DNA of 64,000 bases from assembly GCA_973895155.1 (NCBI GenBank), contig OZ316895.1, positions 12,159,929 through 12,223,928 on the forward strand, given 5' to 3'. Positions within the stretch are counted from its first letter, which is position 1. The number at the start of each line of letters is the position of its first letter. Under the pieces are notes generated by a model. That model had not been told where the DNA came from and did not search any database. It saw nothing but the letters and a program-made list of their open reading frames with translations. Positions 39,401 through 53,199 of the stretch are shown here, in pieces. Source of the stretch: Marsupella aquatica (taxonomy: Eukaryota; Plantae; Marchantiophyta). The position numbers were made by a program, and so were the translations under genes.

Positions 39401-41219
39401 GCATATTGGGGGGGGGGGGGTTTAGGGTGAAGTTACAAGGGAGCTCATTGAGTCTAAAAGTTTAGGGTCATTCATGCGGTCATATTGGAAGCCATTCATC
39501 TTGTCATATTGGAGGTCATTGATGCATGCATATATGACTGCGGACATAACCTATCACCCAAAAAACATGGTCGTTGCATAGTTAATTACACTAGTGTAAT
39601 GCACAACATCCTCACCTCCCATGAAGGATTAATTTGTTTAAATGAGGGGTGGGTTATGGGTTTAGGGTCCAAATAGGTTTCCCCTTGGTCCAAATGGACC
39701 TTTTATATCATGGGCGTCCTTTTTTATATATAACATTGGTCCTTTTTTTATATATAACATTGGTCCTTAACATTCTTAACCGTTTTGTTTCAAGGAAAGT
39801 GCCCAAATTGGTGTATAGATAGGGACACTTTACTCATCTTGGCACTTGCAAGGGACAATTGATGTTAAGGCATTCATGTTGGTAAGTGCCTTGGCCTTAT
39901 GGGGTTTGGTAAGTGTGTTGGCCTTTTGGGGGAGCCTGAAATTAAATTTAACCTTGCCTTCCCTAGGGCCTTAAGGGGGGGGGACTTCACTTCTTGTGTG
40001 AAGTAAGGAGCAAGAAGACTCAAGGTGTACGTTTTGGGTCATTTGAACGGACGTTCTGGGTCATTTGAATGAAGCGGACAAGGCCAATCCAACGGTATGC
40101 TTTCTCTCACACATTTGCGGGAGCCCTCTTTCCTGAAAAAACATCGAGTCTTTTGTTGAATGTGCTCATTTCTTGGAGCGCCTTTGTGTGCACATTGCAA
40201 GCCTCCGTGGAGCTCCGACCCATTTGGGCTGCAAGGGTTTTTTAGTTGCCATTTCTGTTCATTGTGCTGCGAGTTGGTGGAGAAGTGTGCTGCGCGGTCA
40301 AAGAAGACTTGTTGGGGAGGAGCTTCGATTGGGTCTGTGACTCTTTTCACTGTGAGCCTGCCCCGGGAGCCTGCGCTTTTTTTAGTGTGCTTTTTTCAAT
40401 GTGTGGGGGGCAACAGAGCGCAAGCAAGCTGCTGCTTGCAAGTTCAAGGCGGAGGTCGCAGGTAATGCTCCAATACGCTACTGTGATCCTTTGCTTGCCA
40501 CATTTTATGCTATGTCATTTGTCTGCTCCGCATTCGCTGCTACATTTCCGGTTGTAGCTTGATTTTTTCCTAGAGGTGAGCTGAGCAGAGGTGAGGTCTC
40601 GTTGCTAGGAGGTGGGGAGTTCAATGTAGGGGAGTTTTGCGCGCGGTCCCGAGTGCCTAGGTTATCATCATAAGCACATCCGTTTGTTCCTTTTACTTGC
40701 ACATGCGCCTGCTCCCTCCCCTCTGTGCTTCCGTAAAGACTTGACGTTCAATGTTTGGCTTTCTTGGCACACCACGTTACTGAGCGCTCGTTGCTTCAGG
40801 GTGCTTGGCACATTGGTGAGGGTTGTGCAGCGTCGATGGCCCCCTCACGCGGATTACATGGCCATCGCTCCTGGCTGCATTGTGCCTTGGTAGCTTGGTC
40901 AGATGAGGTATGAGGCATGCTCAAGGCTTGGGTTGCGCAGCTAAGATTATCACTGAGCTGCCGTCACGGAAGGAGCTGCGGGAGTTCAAGGGCTCAAGGC
41001 AATCTGTGACAATCTGCAATTGGCAACAAGCTACTGGTGATTGAGGAGTGGGAGGAGTGGTGAGGAGCGGTGTTCGGGTGACCGTGTTTTCTGGAAAGAG
41101 CATGTTGGCTCTTTTGAAGTTAACCTTGCATGCTCATAAGTTCTACACTAAAATCAAAATGATAATTCTAGTAACAAGGGTAGTGGGTATTAAGAAAGGT
41201 TCAGGTGAAACTAAAATAT

Positions 41220-42173
41220 TGTTAAACCCTAATTCACCATACTTGCGGACCAACACATCATGAAAATTAGTTTTCTTACGACATATGATCCTAATATCTC
41301 CAAGAGAAAATGAAACAGGAATATCATCCGGACTCCTATTCAGATCCATGACTTCAATAAAGGACAAAGATGATGCACTCCCACTCCTCTCGGTACGACA
41401 TCACTGAGTATATTATTGGCTCGTTAGAAATCATAACAGCAATTACAAACTGAGCTCCAAAATGATAGGTTAGATATTGCCTCATAGATGGTTTATCTAA
41501 AAGATGGACTCTAATCAAAAACGGATTACGAAGGGGAAGATCAGGGATAACTCTCTCTCCTGGATTCATGATGGCTCTCCTATTCCTTTGCTATCCGGGC
41601 CAAAGGACGCCCCACCCCTATATTTCCAAAGAAACCTTATTCCCTAAGGTCCCATCTATAAGTCTACCACTCATTTCTTTGCTATCCGGGCCAAAGGACG
41701 CCCCACTACTATGTTCAAGGCACAAAAGAGCTTCCCAACCTTGAATGATAAACACTGCAGAATGAGGGGAGAGTGCCCCTCACCACTTTATTTATAGTGC
41801 ACACCAAGAGGGCATGGATCAAGCCCAAGCACTTGGATGAAGGCCAAGTGTCAAACATCTAATACCTAAGAGTGTGCTAGTACTATTCATAGTTGGTGAA
41901 ACTACTTTTAGTAGGTGGAACTACCATGCGTTGGTGGAACTACTATGCGTTGGTGGATCTACTATGCGTTGGTGGAACTACTATGCGCTGGTGGACCTAC
42001 TGTGCATTGGTAGAATCACTATGCGTTGGTGAATATTATTGTAGTTGGTGGAACTACTCATATGCATTGGTGGAACTTCTATAGTCCGTTAATATAGCTA
42101 AAGAAGTTTAATAAAATTTAAATTTAATAATCTAACTACTAAATTACTATATAATCTATAGCATATTAAAACA
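41220..42173 (-). mobile_element. Probable solo LTR (~950 bp) inside the CACTA
   Basis: TGTTAAA...TTAAAACA termini, flanks AATAT/AATAA (4/5 match), minus-strand TATAAATA at ~41789-41797, duplicated CTTTGCTATCCGGGCCAAAGGACGCCCCAC, and a ~19 bp minisatellite GTTGGTGGAACTACTATGC (~41892-42080). Confidence 0.5.
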
Positions 42174-44431
42174 AATAATTTTTTATAACTTAAGAGAAAA
42201 TCACGACAGCGGGTGAAGACGAGCTGCAATTGGCAATCAACTATAGGAGGTTCCAGAGTGGAGGAGTTACGGGAGTTGAGGAGTTGCGATAGCTGTCCAT
42301 TGTTGGAAGTGGGAGCTTCATTGCACTGTCTTTGCAGTGCAACAGCCATTGTCGGACGGTGGTGGGAGGAACTAAGGACTTCCATTTGTGGGAGCAAGTT
42401 TGGGCTTTAAGGGTAAGCGCATGTGTGATCATGCGATGGTTAGAGTTGGGGTTTCTCTCTGTTTTTTTTGTCTTAATCACAACCTGGACCCTCTTTCCGA
42501 CCTTGTCTCAATGTTCATGGAGCTTTACATGTGCCTGCAATATATGTGTTGTCTTAAAGGATCCAGACATATTGAATGTAATCAGTCTTAAAAACTATTC
42601 GTGCGAGGACCGCCCTGCAGAACAATTGAACACCATACACCTCAAGCTTATAATTGCAAAAAGAAAATCAAGCTTACTGTCTCCAAATGACAGTGTTCCT
42701 TTCTATCTGCTATTGATTTGCTGATTTCTGATTTTGTTATAGTGGAACATTAAACTTCTGTTGTGATCTGAGGATCTCCCTTCCTTAGCAACCGTGTCAT
42801 CATTCCGATCAATATATTGCCTACAGTCCAAGCAAGAGAGATGATTATACCTCATAGATCGCTAATGAGCACTTCAGGGACCTGTGGAACATAATGCCAT
42901 CGTACGAGAAGAGTAAACAGGGACCTGGGCCTGTGTCTGGTAAAATGTGCTCGTGATTAAATGTAGCCAACCAACCCATGGTGAATGCCATCCTACGGAT
43001 GTAACTGCGCCCACTTTGTGTATGTCTCCTGTAGTTCCTCCTCAGCATCAATTTTTTGTGTCTGCTGTGTTTAGTTTTGATAAGTTATTGTGTTGTCTTT
43101 TTGTCGTCTGGCAATTATTGCCTCAAATGCTATTGTATCTTTTTCTATCTCTTCCAGTATTTCATCATATTAGCATTGGCAACATTTGGTGTTTATGCGG
43201 CTGATGCCAAAAGTTTTTGGCTCGACCCTGTTTAATGCCTGAGTGGGCCAGGATTGCTTCTGCCTGAGTGGAAGGCTGGTCTGTTTAATGCTGCCTAATT
43301 GAACATAAGAATCTGCTAGTAAGTTCATGGAGTTTAGGCAAATCAGGATGCATCACCCTTGTACCCAAAAATTATTTTGGCAATGTTTGCTCTGTTTGTT
43401 GTGTTGAAAACTTTATTGGCAGTGTCTGACCATGAAAGTCAGCCTGATGTTTTGCCAATCTTTTTTGAGTGTGCTGGAAAAGTCCTCATTCAGAAAGACC
43501 TAAGAAATTTAACTATCTTGAACAAGCTTTATCGTTAGTTCTGGCAAAATCTGTCCACCCCAAGCGAGGTTTGATTAACTAAGGGGAGAATTTGCCATCA
43601 AATGATTTCAGTCTTTTACTTCAAACGAATAAATTTTGTTACAGAGAATGATCCAGAAGAAGTCTTGTCACGTTAGGAGAGTACTAACCTTCCTAGACCT
43701 GACGCAACTTGGGATGGATCATCGCCTGGTTATCTCCCGCTTTAGACTCTGGGTAGAATTTCCCGATGCTATGCAGGGACAAGGTGAGAACTTTATTCAT
43801 AGCCTTGACCCAGGTTTACTTCAGGGCCACTGCATTTTTCTCCTTTGCTAGTTGCTGCATTTATCATTTGTCATGATTTGATTGTGTGATTGTTTTGAAG
43901 TCGTAGCCGTGGTCAAAAGCTGGTCTATAAAAAACGAATTCAGGTTGCTGCTGTATATAAAGTGCAGCAGGATCCAGAACTGGAAAACTGTCCCAGCAAA
44001 TTTAAATTTGTAGCTCTCACTACTTGAATATATAAATTTGCCCTGATCGGTCTTAGCCTACTGCGCACAAGGCAGGCAATGAAACAAGTTTGTCCATTTT
44101 AAAACTTGAGAACCAATGCTTTGCTGAAACTCAATTGCTATTTGTTTTGTGTTGCCCTTACAGATTTTAAAAAGGCAGGGTGAGTGAGCACTGCTGGACA
44201 GCAGAGCGAAGGCATACAGGTTGCAATATTTGTGATTGCTTCCAATCATAGGCCAAGGTTATTTGCGCTGCTCAGTCCTAGTGCTTTGCCATCCGTAAAG
44301 CATTGGTTTATGTTGCACCCTTGTAGTTACATGTCATATTTTATGCTGCACCCTCATTCTTTTGTGTCATGCTGCACCCTGTTATTCCTTCGTGTTTCAC
44401 AATCTGATGTAGGGTCTGAGTGTGCAGGACC

Positions 44432-45091
44432 ATGGCTCGCAATAAGCAGAAGGCCATGAATCGTTGCAGAGGTGAATCCTCTCAAGCACCTCAATTGTCC
44501 TTATATTCAGACATTGAGATTAACCAGAATAGTCCACATGTATGTGCAATTTGTGATGAGGGAGGGGATCTCATTGTTTGTGATGGGCCTTGCCATCGAC
44601 ATTTCCATAAGAATGTTTCCTGTCCTTTGGGTCAGCAATGGCTATGCCCAACTATATCCCTGGCTGATGGCCATGTTGGAGAATGGCTTTGTGTTGATTG
44701 CAAGAATGAGGAACATTCTTGCTTTAAGTGCCATGTGTCTGGAAAAATTGGTGAAGAGGTAAGAAAATGTCCAGACCCTCTCTGTGCCCGGTTTTACTGT
44801 CGGCAGTGTTTGGTTCCTGGCACAGCATCATGTGGACTCCATATTTGTCTTACTTGTGGACAGGGGCCCAATGATGGGGCTAATGGCTTTTTGGTTCAGT
44901 GCATGAGGTGTCCTAAGGCATGGCACAAGGACTGCCTATTGTTTATCCAGCAGAGGGGATTTGCCCATGATCGAACAATTTGGGATCACTCAGCGCATGG
45001 GCAGCCCAAGAAGGGGAGGTTTTACTGTCCTGACCATGACATTGACCCTACACTAGGCACTCCTGCTAGGAGCCACATATCTTGGATTTGA
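44432..45091 (+). CDS. Transposon-borne stand-alone EDM2/NSD-like composite PHD zinc-finger protein (219 aa)
   Basis: Intact ORF with ACCATGG start after a TGTGCAG acceptor. CAICDEGGDLIVCDGPCHRHFH...CVDC..HSCFKC...C.DPLCARFY...CGLHICLTC...QCMRCPKAWHKDCL...W...FYCPDHDIDPTLGTPARSHI follows the EDM2 PHD cluster from start to end (recognised by eye). Confidence 0.8.
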   Translation: MARNKQKAMNRCRGESSQAPQLSLYSDIEINQNSPHVCAICDEGGDLIVCDGPCHRHFHKNVSCPLGQQWLCPTISLADGHVGEWLCVDCKNEEHSCFKCHVSGKIGEEVRKCPDPLCARFYCRQCLVPGTASCGLHICLTCGQGPNDGANGFLVQCMRCPKAWHKDCLLFIQQRGFAHDRTIWDHSAHGQPKKGRFYCPDHDIDPTLGTPARSHISWI

Positions 45092-45691
45092 TTGAGGCTG
45101 GATGGAACACAAACTTGAGATAGAGCTTTTTGATGGTTTCATGTGGACTTAAACAATTTTCAGAGTGCTAAAACATGTGGACTATTTATATGCAGTTTGA
45201 TGAACTCCTCATGTATACACACTCTACGACAGTGCATTGCGGATTGAGGCAATTAATTTTGAGAAATCAACTTTATTATCTTTTCTAGGGTAGGATTCCA
45301 ATTTTCAAGCCTGTGCTTTGAGTGTGACTTTCCTCCGTATTGATGTCTAAACTTCACTTGTAAATTTGTCACTGGTGTCACAAACGTTACTTATTCCAGA
45401 CCTGTCCGCTCACATTCCTAATAGGCAAACAAATACTGGAAATGATGAAGGCACAGAGATTTACATTCATAGTATCATTCTGATGACACTGTATGTGATG
45501 CTCTATTTGTATGCAAGAAGGAGAAGGTGCCTCACTACAATGGATTTGAGAAACTGGGCTCTGTGGGTTTGAGCAATTGGACTGTGGTTGGCATCGGTTG
45601 TACAACTATGACGGTAGGCCCAATTTTGTATGCATGTCACACTGATTCAGTTTGAAAATCATAGTTTGAATACAATTTCAATCAAGCTAGC

Positions 45692-48600
45692 ATGGCACAA
45701 TTGCCACAGAATACGTTAGGTGTGGGTAGAACTCCAAAGTTGCCGCTCTTCCATCCAGCTAGAGTACAACATCGTGATGATGCTTTGTGGGTTCGAGAAC
45801 AGAAGGCCTGCCACAAGAGTGGGGACCATAAGATGTACTGCCCTTGTGTGAACTGCAAAGGGAATTATAGGACTAATCAGAATACTGCTAGACTGCACCT
45901 TATTAAACATGGTCAGTACCCTGCATGTCGAGTGTGGGTGGGAGAGGGACAGGACTCTTCTAATGAAGAGTGGGGTGCTGACTACATGTCACAACATGGC
46001 CTGAGGCATTGAGGGTAGCAAACCTTCAGCAGGCAACCTGTGCACAAGAGCCAACTGTAGATGTTGAAGAACATTTATTTGTAGATGTTCCAGAGTATCC
46101 AACTGTGGATGTTCCAGAGTATCCAACTGTGGATGTTCAAGAACATCCAACTATAGATTTCGACGAACATATCAGGGCTCTACTGGAAGAAACGTTGTTG
46201 AGAACCAGTGAAGAATCCCCTGAGCATGAACTAGATGATCAGGACCGTTTTGACTTGGATTTTGTACTTGGGGATGATGAGAGTGAAGGAGGTGCCCATC
46301 CTGTAAACCCCCTTGAAACCTCCGAAACTCCTATGGAGACTGATCCTGCACAGTTATCTTTAGATGCAGCAATGCAACCTTTGTTCCCAGGCAGCAAAAT
46401 AGATGTTGTGTCATTCATATTGCTTCTGCTGAACATCTGTCATGGCCATGGATTCTCAAACAAAGGAGTGAATGCATTGTTGTCTTTGATGGGGGAGCAT
46501 GGTATGCCTGCAGAGCATAATCTGCCCAAGAACTTATATGCTACAAAGCAGCTATTGAGAAAGCTTGGCTTAGATTATGAGAGAATCCCTGTCTGTGAGA
46601 AAGGTTGCATGCTCTTTAGGGGTGAGAATGCCAAGTTAGAAAACTGTTCAGTGTGTCAGCAGCCCAAGATGAAGAGAGTGGGGAATTCATTACAGGCAAG
46701 GAAGGTGGTGCGGTATTTCCCTATAATTCCCAGGTTGAAGAGATTGTATGCCACTGCTGGTACATCTAAACTCATGACTTGGCATCATGAGAATAGAAGC
46801 ACAGACAACATGGTTCGGCACGCAGTAGATTCCAAGGCTTGGAAGCATGTGGATACAAATAGTGATAAAAAATTTGCAGCTGAACCAAGGAATGTGCGAT
46901 TTGGGTTGGCACTTGATGGGGTGAATCCCTTTGGGAATAATTCCACAACTTGGTCTACCTGGCCAATCTTGTTGTTGAATTACAATTTACCTCCTTGGCT
47001 TACCACCAAGAAGTTCTTTGTCATGCTAGCTATGCTGATTCCAGGACCTGATTCAGTAACAGAGGAACAACTGGACATAATATTGGGCCCATTCTATGAG
47101 GAGCTGGAGCTGTTGTGGACGAAAGGAGTGCCCTGCTTTGACAAATTGCCATGCCCAGGATTGTCTCAACACTTCAACCTAAGGGCTGTGCTATTGTGAA
47201 CAATCAATGATTACCCTGCATATGGTTTAATATATGGACAACAACACGCTGGATACAAAGGATATGTCATCTGTGGGCCAAAATGTGTGGCACATGGTTC
47301 TAAGCACTTGCAGAAATTAGAGTACAGTGGCCACCGTCGATGGTTAGCAGCAAGGCATCTTTTTCGTAGACCAGACAGTGCACAATACTTTGATGGTGCA
47401 ATTGAGAGCCGACCTGCACCGTGTAGAATGTCAAGCTCTGATAGAAAGAAGTGGGGAGACGAGACAACAGAATATTTGAAGAAGGGAGGAACCAAGGTTG
47501 AGGATGAGAGCTGCCCCATAAAGGTGCATGGAGTGAAGAGGGCTATTGGTCTGTACAAGTTGCCCTATTGGAACGTAAGACTCCATACTACTACAATGAA
47601 TTTCTGCAATCTCTTCATATGACTTTGAAATGTGTGTACTTCCTGTAGCCCAGATTTTGTAATTGTTGTATTCAATGCCCTAATTTCTGAATTGTGTGTC
47701 CACTGCAGGAACTACTCATTAACCATTGTCTAGATCCCATGCATTGTGAGAAGAATCTTGCACACAACATTGTGCACACTATCATTGGAACCAAGGACAC
47801 TCCTTCTGTGCGAGAAGACCTGAAGCTCTTACAGGTGCGCCAACACCTATGGCTTGTACCCAATCCAGCTCCCAAGCGTAAGGATGACAAATTGTTGATG
47901 CCCCCAGCCCCATATTGCCTGAGCAAGAAGGAAAGAACAAGGTTCTTGGAGGTGTTATTGACCTTGAAAGGGCCCACTAGTTTTTCAAGTTCTTTGGCAA
48001 AGTGTGTTACAAAATCCAAGAAACTCTCTAGGTTGAAATCACATGATTTCCACCAACTCATGCAACAGATTCTCCCTCTGGCAACAATGGGATTACTTGA
48101 TGAAGGGGTTCGCTTGGCCATAGCTGGGATGAGCAATATCTATCGCCAGATCTGTACGAAGGTGTGGGACCCTTCAATGTATGAGAATTTGATGATGGAT
48201 GTTGCATTCACTCTCTACATTGTGGAAATCCATTTTCCACCAAGCTTCTTTGATGTCATGACCCATTTAATGATTCACCTAGTGGAGGAATTAGACTTGT
48301 GTGAGCCAGTTACAGGCAGATGGATGTACCCAATAGAGAGGAACCTGAAGGTTTTGAAGGGTTATGTACGAAACAAGGCACGTCCAGAGGCTTCTATGGC
48401 TGAAGGCTATGTATTAGATGAGTCTTTGGGATTCCTTTCTGAATACATGACTGATGCTAAGGGAGAGGGAAAACGAACCTGGGAGTTGGAAGAGGATGCT
48501 GGCGTTGCAGGCATTGTCTTGGAAGGGGCTGCAAAGGAGATAACTTTGAATTGGTCTGAAATGATTGCCATGCATCATTATATATTGGAGAATGAAGAGA

Positions 48601-49592
48601 CAGTGGCTCCATGGTACAGGTATGTAAACCCTGGTACCATATGGATCATAAGTATGCTGCCCCATTGTGTTTGTATATTCATGGTGGATCATGCACTAAT
48701 GTCTTGAGTGCTGTTGTTGCCATGTAGGATATATGATGCTACCAATGAGACTGTTACCAAACAAAGAGTGGATTTCCGGAAGGAATGGATGAGGAAGCCT
48801 GCCAATCGAAGAAAACCAGTGGAATTTCCCCTTGACTGCCAAGAACTGCCACCTTTCAGGGAATGGTTTCAAACATTAGTCAATACCCATAATTTTGAGA
48901 TAGAGTCTGAGCGGTCATTACTATCTGCATACTCCACACCACCTAGTTTGAAGGCACGATTGTATAGGGCATGCAGAGCCTATGGGCATCACTGGAGGAC
49001 TATTCCAACCTTGGGGTGTTTGAGTGATTGTGATTCTAGTGCATTCAACACTTTTGATTCTGGGATGGCTTCGACATTCACTGAGAAGCGAGTGGACAGG
49101 TCTGGTGCAACTAGAGAAGAATCTGTACAGTATGTAGGGGCCTTGACAGATATCTTAGTACTGAATTACGGCAGCTTGAGGAAAGAGGTGATTCTTTTCA
49201 AAGGGAAATGGGCAGATCCATCATGGACTCCTAAATCTTCTGCCAGTATGAGGTATTCTGAGTCTAGTCTTTGGCAGGTGAATTTCCATAGAGAACTGGG
49301 TGTGTCCAAGAAAATGGATTACGTTTTTCCAAAGCAAGTGGAGCAGGTTTTCTTCCACCCCAATGAGAAGGGGATAGCATGGAGAACAATCCTCCACAAA
49401 GAATCCAGGTCCACAAGGGTGTTAGGTGATTACATAGACGTTGATTTCCATGCTACAATGGAAAACAATGCCAAATTACACATCGAATTCGCTAAGGCCT
49501 GTAGGTCCAGAGCAAATCCAGGACCAAGTACTGGTCCCAAACGAGGCAGAGCTGCACAGGGATCTGCAAGAAAGGGCAGGCCTAAGCAGTGA
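45692..49592 (+). pseudogene. CACTA Tnp2/TnpD transposase (Transposase_21 + DUF4218-type regions), disrupted
   Basis: N-terminal CPCVNC...HLIKHG; LALDGVNPF, L*TINDYPAYG (TGG>TGA at 47197-47199), DPMHCEKN, LKSHDFH, WMYPIERNL...EASMAEGY. Introns 47575-47708 and 48620-48727; frame break near 46010. Confidence 0.92.
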
Positions 49593-49679
49593 ATATGTTT
49601 TAGGTGTGTGAAGTCCATAGATGGACTACATGTATGGACTATATATGAAATTAGACTAATGGTTTACCCATTTGTGCAG

Positions 49680-52600
49680 TTGGTGAATGCAGCCTGTGAA
49701 AGGAAGATTGCAGGGATTGTCACATTCTGTGAATCCTTATGAGGAGGCCCGAAAGCGGAACATAGAGCATAATGTCAAAATTATGCATGATCTAGGACTG
49801 GGGCCAGGCTGCATGCTGATGTGTGTGTTAATATGTCTGTTGCAAATTTGATTCAGTAGATGAAGTTGTCAGGTTCATGTTCTGTTTTCATATTCCAGAT
49901 TGGCCTCATACTAGTATGGATCCTGTACATAAGTACTAGTGTTACAGTGTTGTAGATTCATTTTGCATGTATGTTTGATCTACATTGGTGTATGTTGATG
50001 ATTGCTTTGTTCCTTAGAGGCCCAACCACACATGTACAACGAGAGAGAGGAAAGCCTGCTTTGGTGAAAGGTACTTCAACTGAAACATTGCCAAAGAGGA
50101 GGAGCTCTAGACTATCAGAAGTTACCAAGGTGAACATGGCAGAGTGTGGTGATGATGGCTATGGTTCTTCTTCTGAGTATGACACTGAGGATTCTGACAT
50201 TGGAGGGTCAGAACCAGAGAGTGAACAACAGGTAATGCTTGAACTTCATCATCCTAATAGGAAGGGATCCTTGTCCCTTTTTCAAATTATATGTTGATAT
50301 GCTTACGTTGTCCATGATGTAGGTACAAAAACAAAATCGTGGTCCTAAGAAGACTGGGCCTGGTGGAGGTGGGCTGGTGAGATGTTGGAAAGACCCAGAC
50401 ACTGGACTCTTATATGAAAGTGAGTGGATTGTACTGTTCTACTTTTCAGGTGTGTTTGGAAGTTGATATTCTACTTGGAAATGAAATTAATTGAAGTGCT
50501 TTGGTGTTGTGTATTTGTTTAGTGGTTCCATCAGCATCTGAAGGCAGATCAGGTCAATCTGATGTACTACATTCCAGAGGATCTTCAGGTAATACACAAT
50601 CTGCTCGTCATGCATATGAAAGAGCATTTGCTCAACTTTTCAATCATGTACATATTTTTTGATTGAATGCATGTGTGTGCATTGCAGGCGGGGCCTCTGA
50701 GATGCGCAGGGAACGAAGGCATGCTAAGAAGCAGTTTGATAATACTGCCAAACAACGAAGGGATCATGGAGATTTGCCCAAACACATTAAAGTGAGTATT
50801 GTACTTTTTTTGAATGTAGATTTAGACAAATCTGATCCTCTCTGTTGTTGTGTGTATAAAACTTGGACTCTTCATAAATTCCAGAGTTATGAATTGACAT
50901 TGTCTGTGAAATGCAGATTTATGACAATGATATTGATGATTCTGATGGCAACAAACAATACTGGCTGGAGGAACTTCGTGGCAACGTACTCAGAGTCTTT
51001 GATGTATCAAAGCCAAAATGGACTGATCATCCACAAGTTCATACAACCACAGTGTGGAATAACATGGCAGCTGAGTGGAAGTATGTGGGTGGGGAATTTA
51101 TTAAGACCAAATTCCAGAGTCATTGTCGTGGCATATTGAAGAGAGAGTGCCATAAAATGCATGTTTACTGGAAGAAAGTTTGCAATGAGGATCCAACCAA
51201 ACCTGGGCCATCTGGTGTTGATCCAAAGAAATGGGCAGCTTTGGTATCTCATTTTACCAGTCCAGCATTGATATCTTTGAGTAAACAGATGACTGATAAA
51301 AGAGCACGAGTGCAAGATACCTCTCACTTTGGAAGAGGAGGGCATGTTGCAGCAACAAAGAGAATGGTAAATTGTGGCCTGTATCATTTTCACTATCAAT
51401 TCTGTCTTGTTTGTGAATCTTGATGAAAACAGACTCTGTGATTCTCATTCATTGTGTGTTTGAACAGAAGCAGAAGAGAGGATCAAGCCCAGGTATATCT
51501 GACCTGAAACAAAACCATGGTAGTCAGGGTTCATTGCCAAAGGTGACAATGAGCCCATCATTGGCAAGTGCAGAAGGTCAGACTGGTAGTTTTGTGGGAG
51601 CAAAGGTGAGCCCATCATTGGCAAGTGGGGAGGGTAAAAGTGCTAGCTTACTGGGGCGAGGAAACAGACATGGATCAGCTGTGAGTATTGTCATACCAAT
51701 TTGATTTGTACGAACCCCTCCATTTGACAGAGTGTTGTGTCGTTTGTAAGTTTGACAGTGAGAATGTTGTGTTAGTTTGTGGTTCATTTACAGACCCCAC
51801 ATTCAAAAGAAGAAATCACTGCCATTGGGGCTGTGAAATTGGATGTTGCTGAGTTGAAAGGCACTGTGAGAGAGTTGACAAACATGATGACTACGTGGAT
51901 GGCACATCACACCAGTAATGCACAAGTTCCAACAGTTGTACCTAGTCACAGTAAGTTGACTACAGCTACCAAACAAGGTAGTAGAAAGCGATCTCTTACT
52001 TTTTCAGGTGATAATGAAGGTAAAATTCTCTATCATGTATACACTGTCCATTCAATGTAATTATTGTGATGTGTATATGTTCATTGCATGTTTATAATGT
52101 TCTTGCATGTTTTTAGTGTGATTATATGTTGCTGGTGTATACATGTTTGTTTATGCATTTCTTTTGTGTGTGTTTTATGACAGCATCTTTAGGGGAGCCT
52201 CCTGTGTCGCAGGGAAGACCAACTGACACAGCTAACAGTTCTTTGAAGCAAACTGAATTGGAAGTGAACCTTTTGCCATCTAAGTTGCCCAAAGAAGCCA
52301 TTTCAGATGCCTTTCAGTTGCCAGAGGATAAGTCAAATCAGCTGACACCAGATGTAACCCCAGAATCATCTGAGTTGCCAAAAGAAACTCCTATTCCAAG
52401 TGAGCAGGATGACACTCCATCAACTAGAAAGGGAAAGAAGAAAAGGAAGAAAGGATCCTCAGCAAATGCATCACCTGCACAGAAGAAACCAATGCAGTCT
52501 CCTAACCCCATTGCAAAGGTAAATGTGTGTTTGATTTGAGTGTTCTTCTATCTTTCAATTTCTGTTTATTGTATTTTTAACAAAATGTGTTGTTCACAGT

Positions 52601-52860
52601 TTGCAAGAGGAGATTTGGTGAAGATGAAGAGCGTTGTGGACAATTCCATGATAGTGGCAAAAGGTGAGGTGACAGGGCTGCCAGGAGAAGATAAGTTTCA
52701 TTGTGCAAATTTTGAAAGCCCTTTCTTGTGAGTGCGTGTGATTGAAGTGTTTGTAGATGTGGCATTGCCATTTGCCAATGCAGGGGAGAACCAGTCTAAA
52801 TTATCTGATGTGAAAGGATGAATGCCCTATGGAACTCTAGATTGCTTAAGAAGCAATAGA
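49680..52860 (+). pseudogene. CACTA TnpA-like multi-exon accessory gene (Transposase_24/Transposase_23-like)
   Basis: Exons with PSGVDPKKWAALVSHFTS...KRARV..SHFGRGG (~50918-51366) and C-terminal VAKGEVTG...KFHC...*VRVIEVFVDVALP containing a stop. Confidence 0.65.
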
Positions 52861-53199
52861 AATAGCACTCTGTCAAGAAACACTAGACATGATAGAATGA
52901 CAGCTCTGTTTTTCTATAAACATGCAGAGTGATTGGTATGTTAGGTTATAACAATTGACAATCTAATATTATTGATGTCAATGTAGTTTTGTTTCATAAA
53001 TTTGCATTGAGTTCAATAGTTACTGTGAGACTTATGAAGGTATCTTGTATGAATGTCAATTGGATTTGTGATATATATAGAATGTTTCTTTAAGTTTTCA
53101 TTAAGCAAATCTATTGAATGGCTTTGTAATGTATGATTTTTGATTGACATGAAGTTTTATCTATCATGATCACTTAAATTTGAATTTCTCCAAATCATT

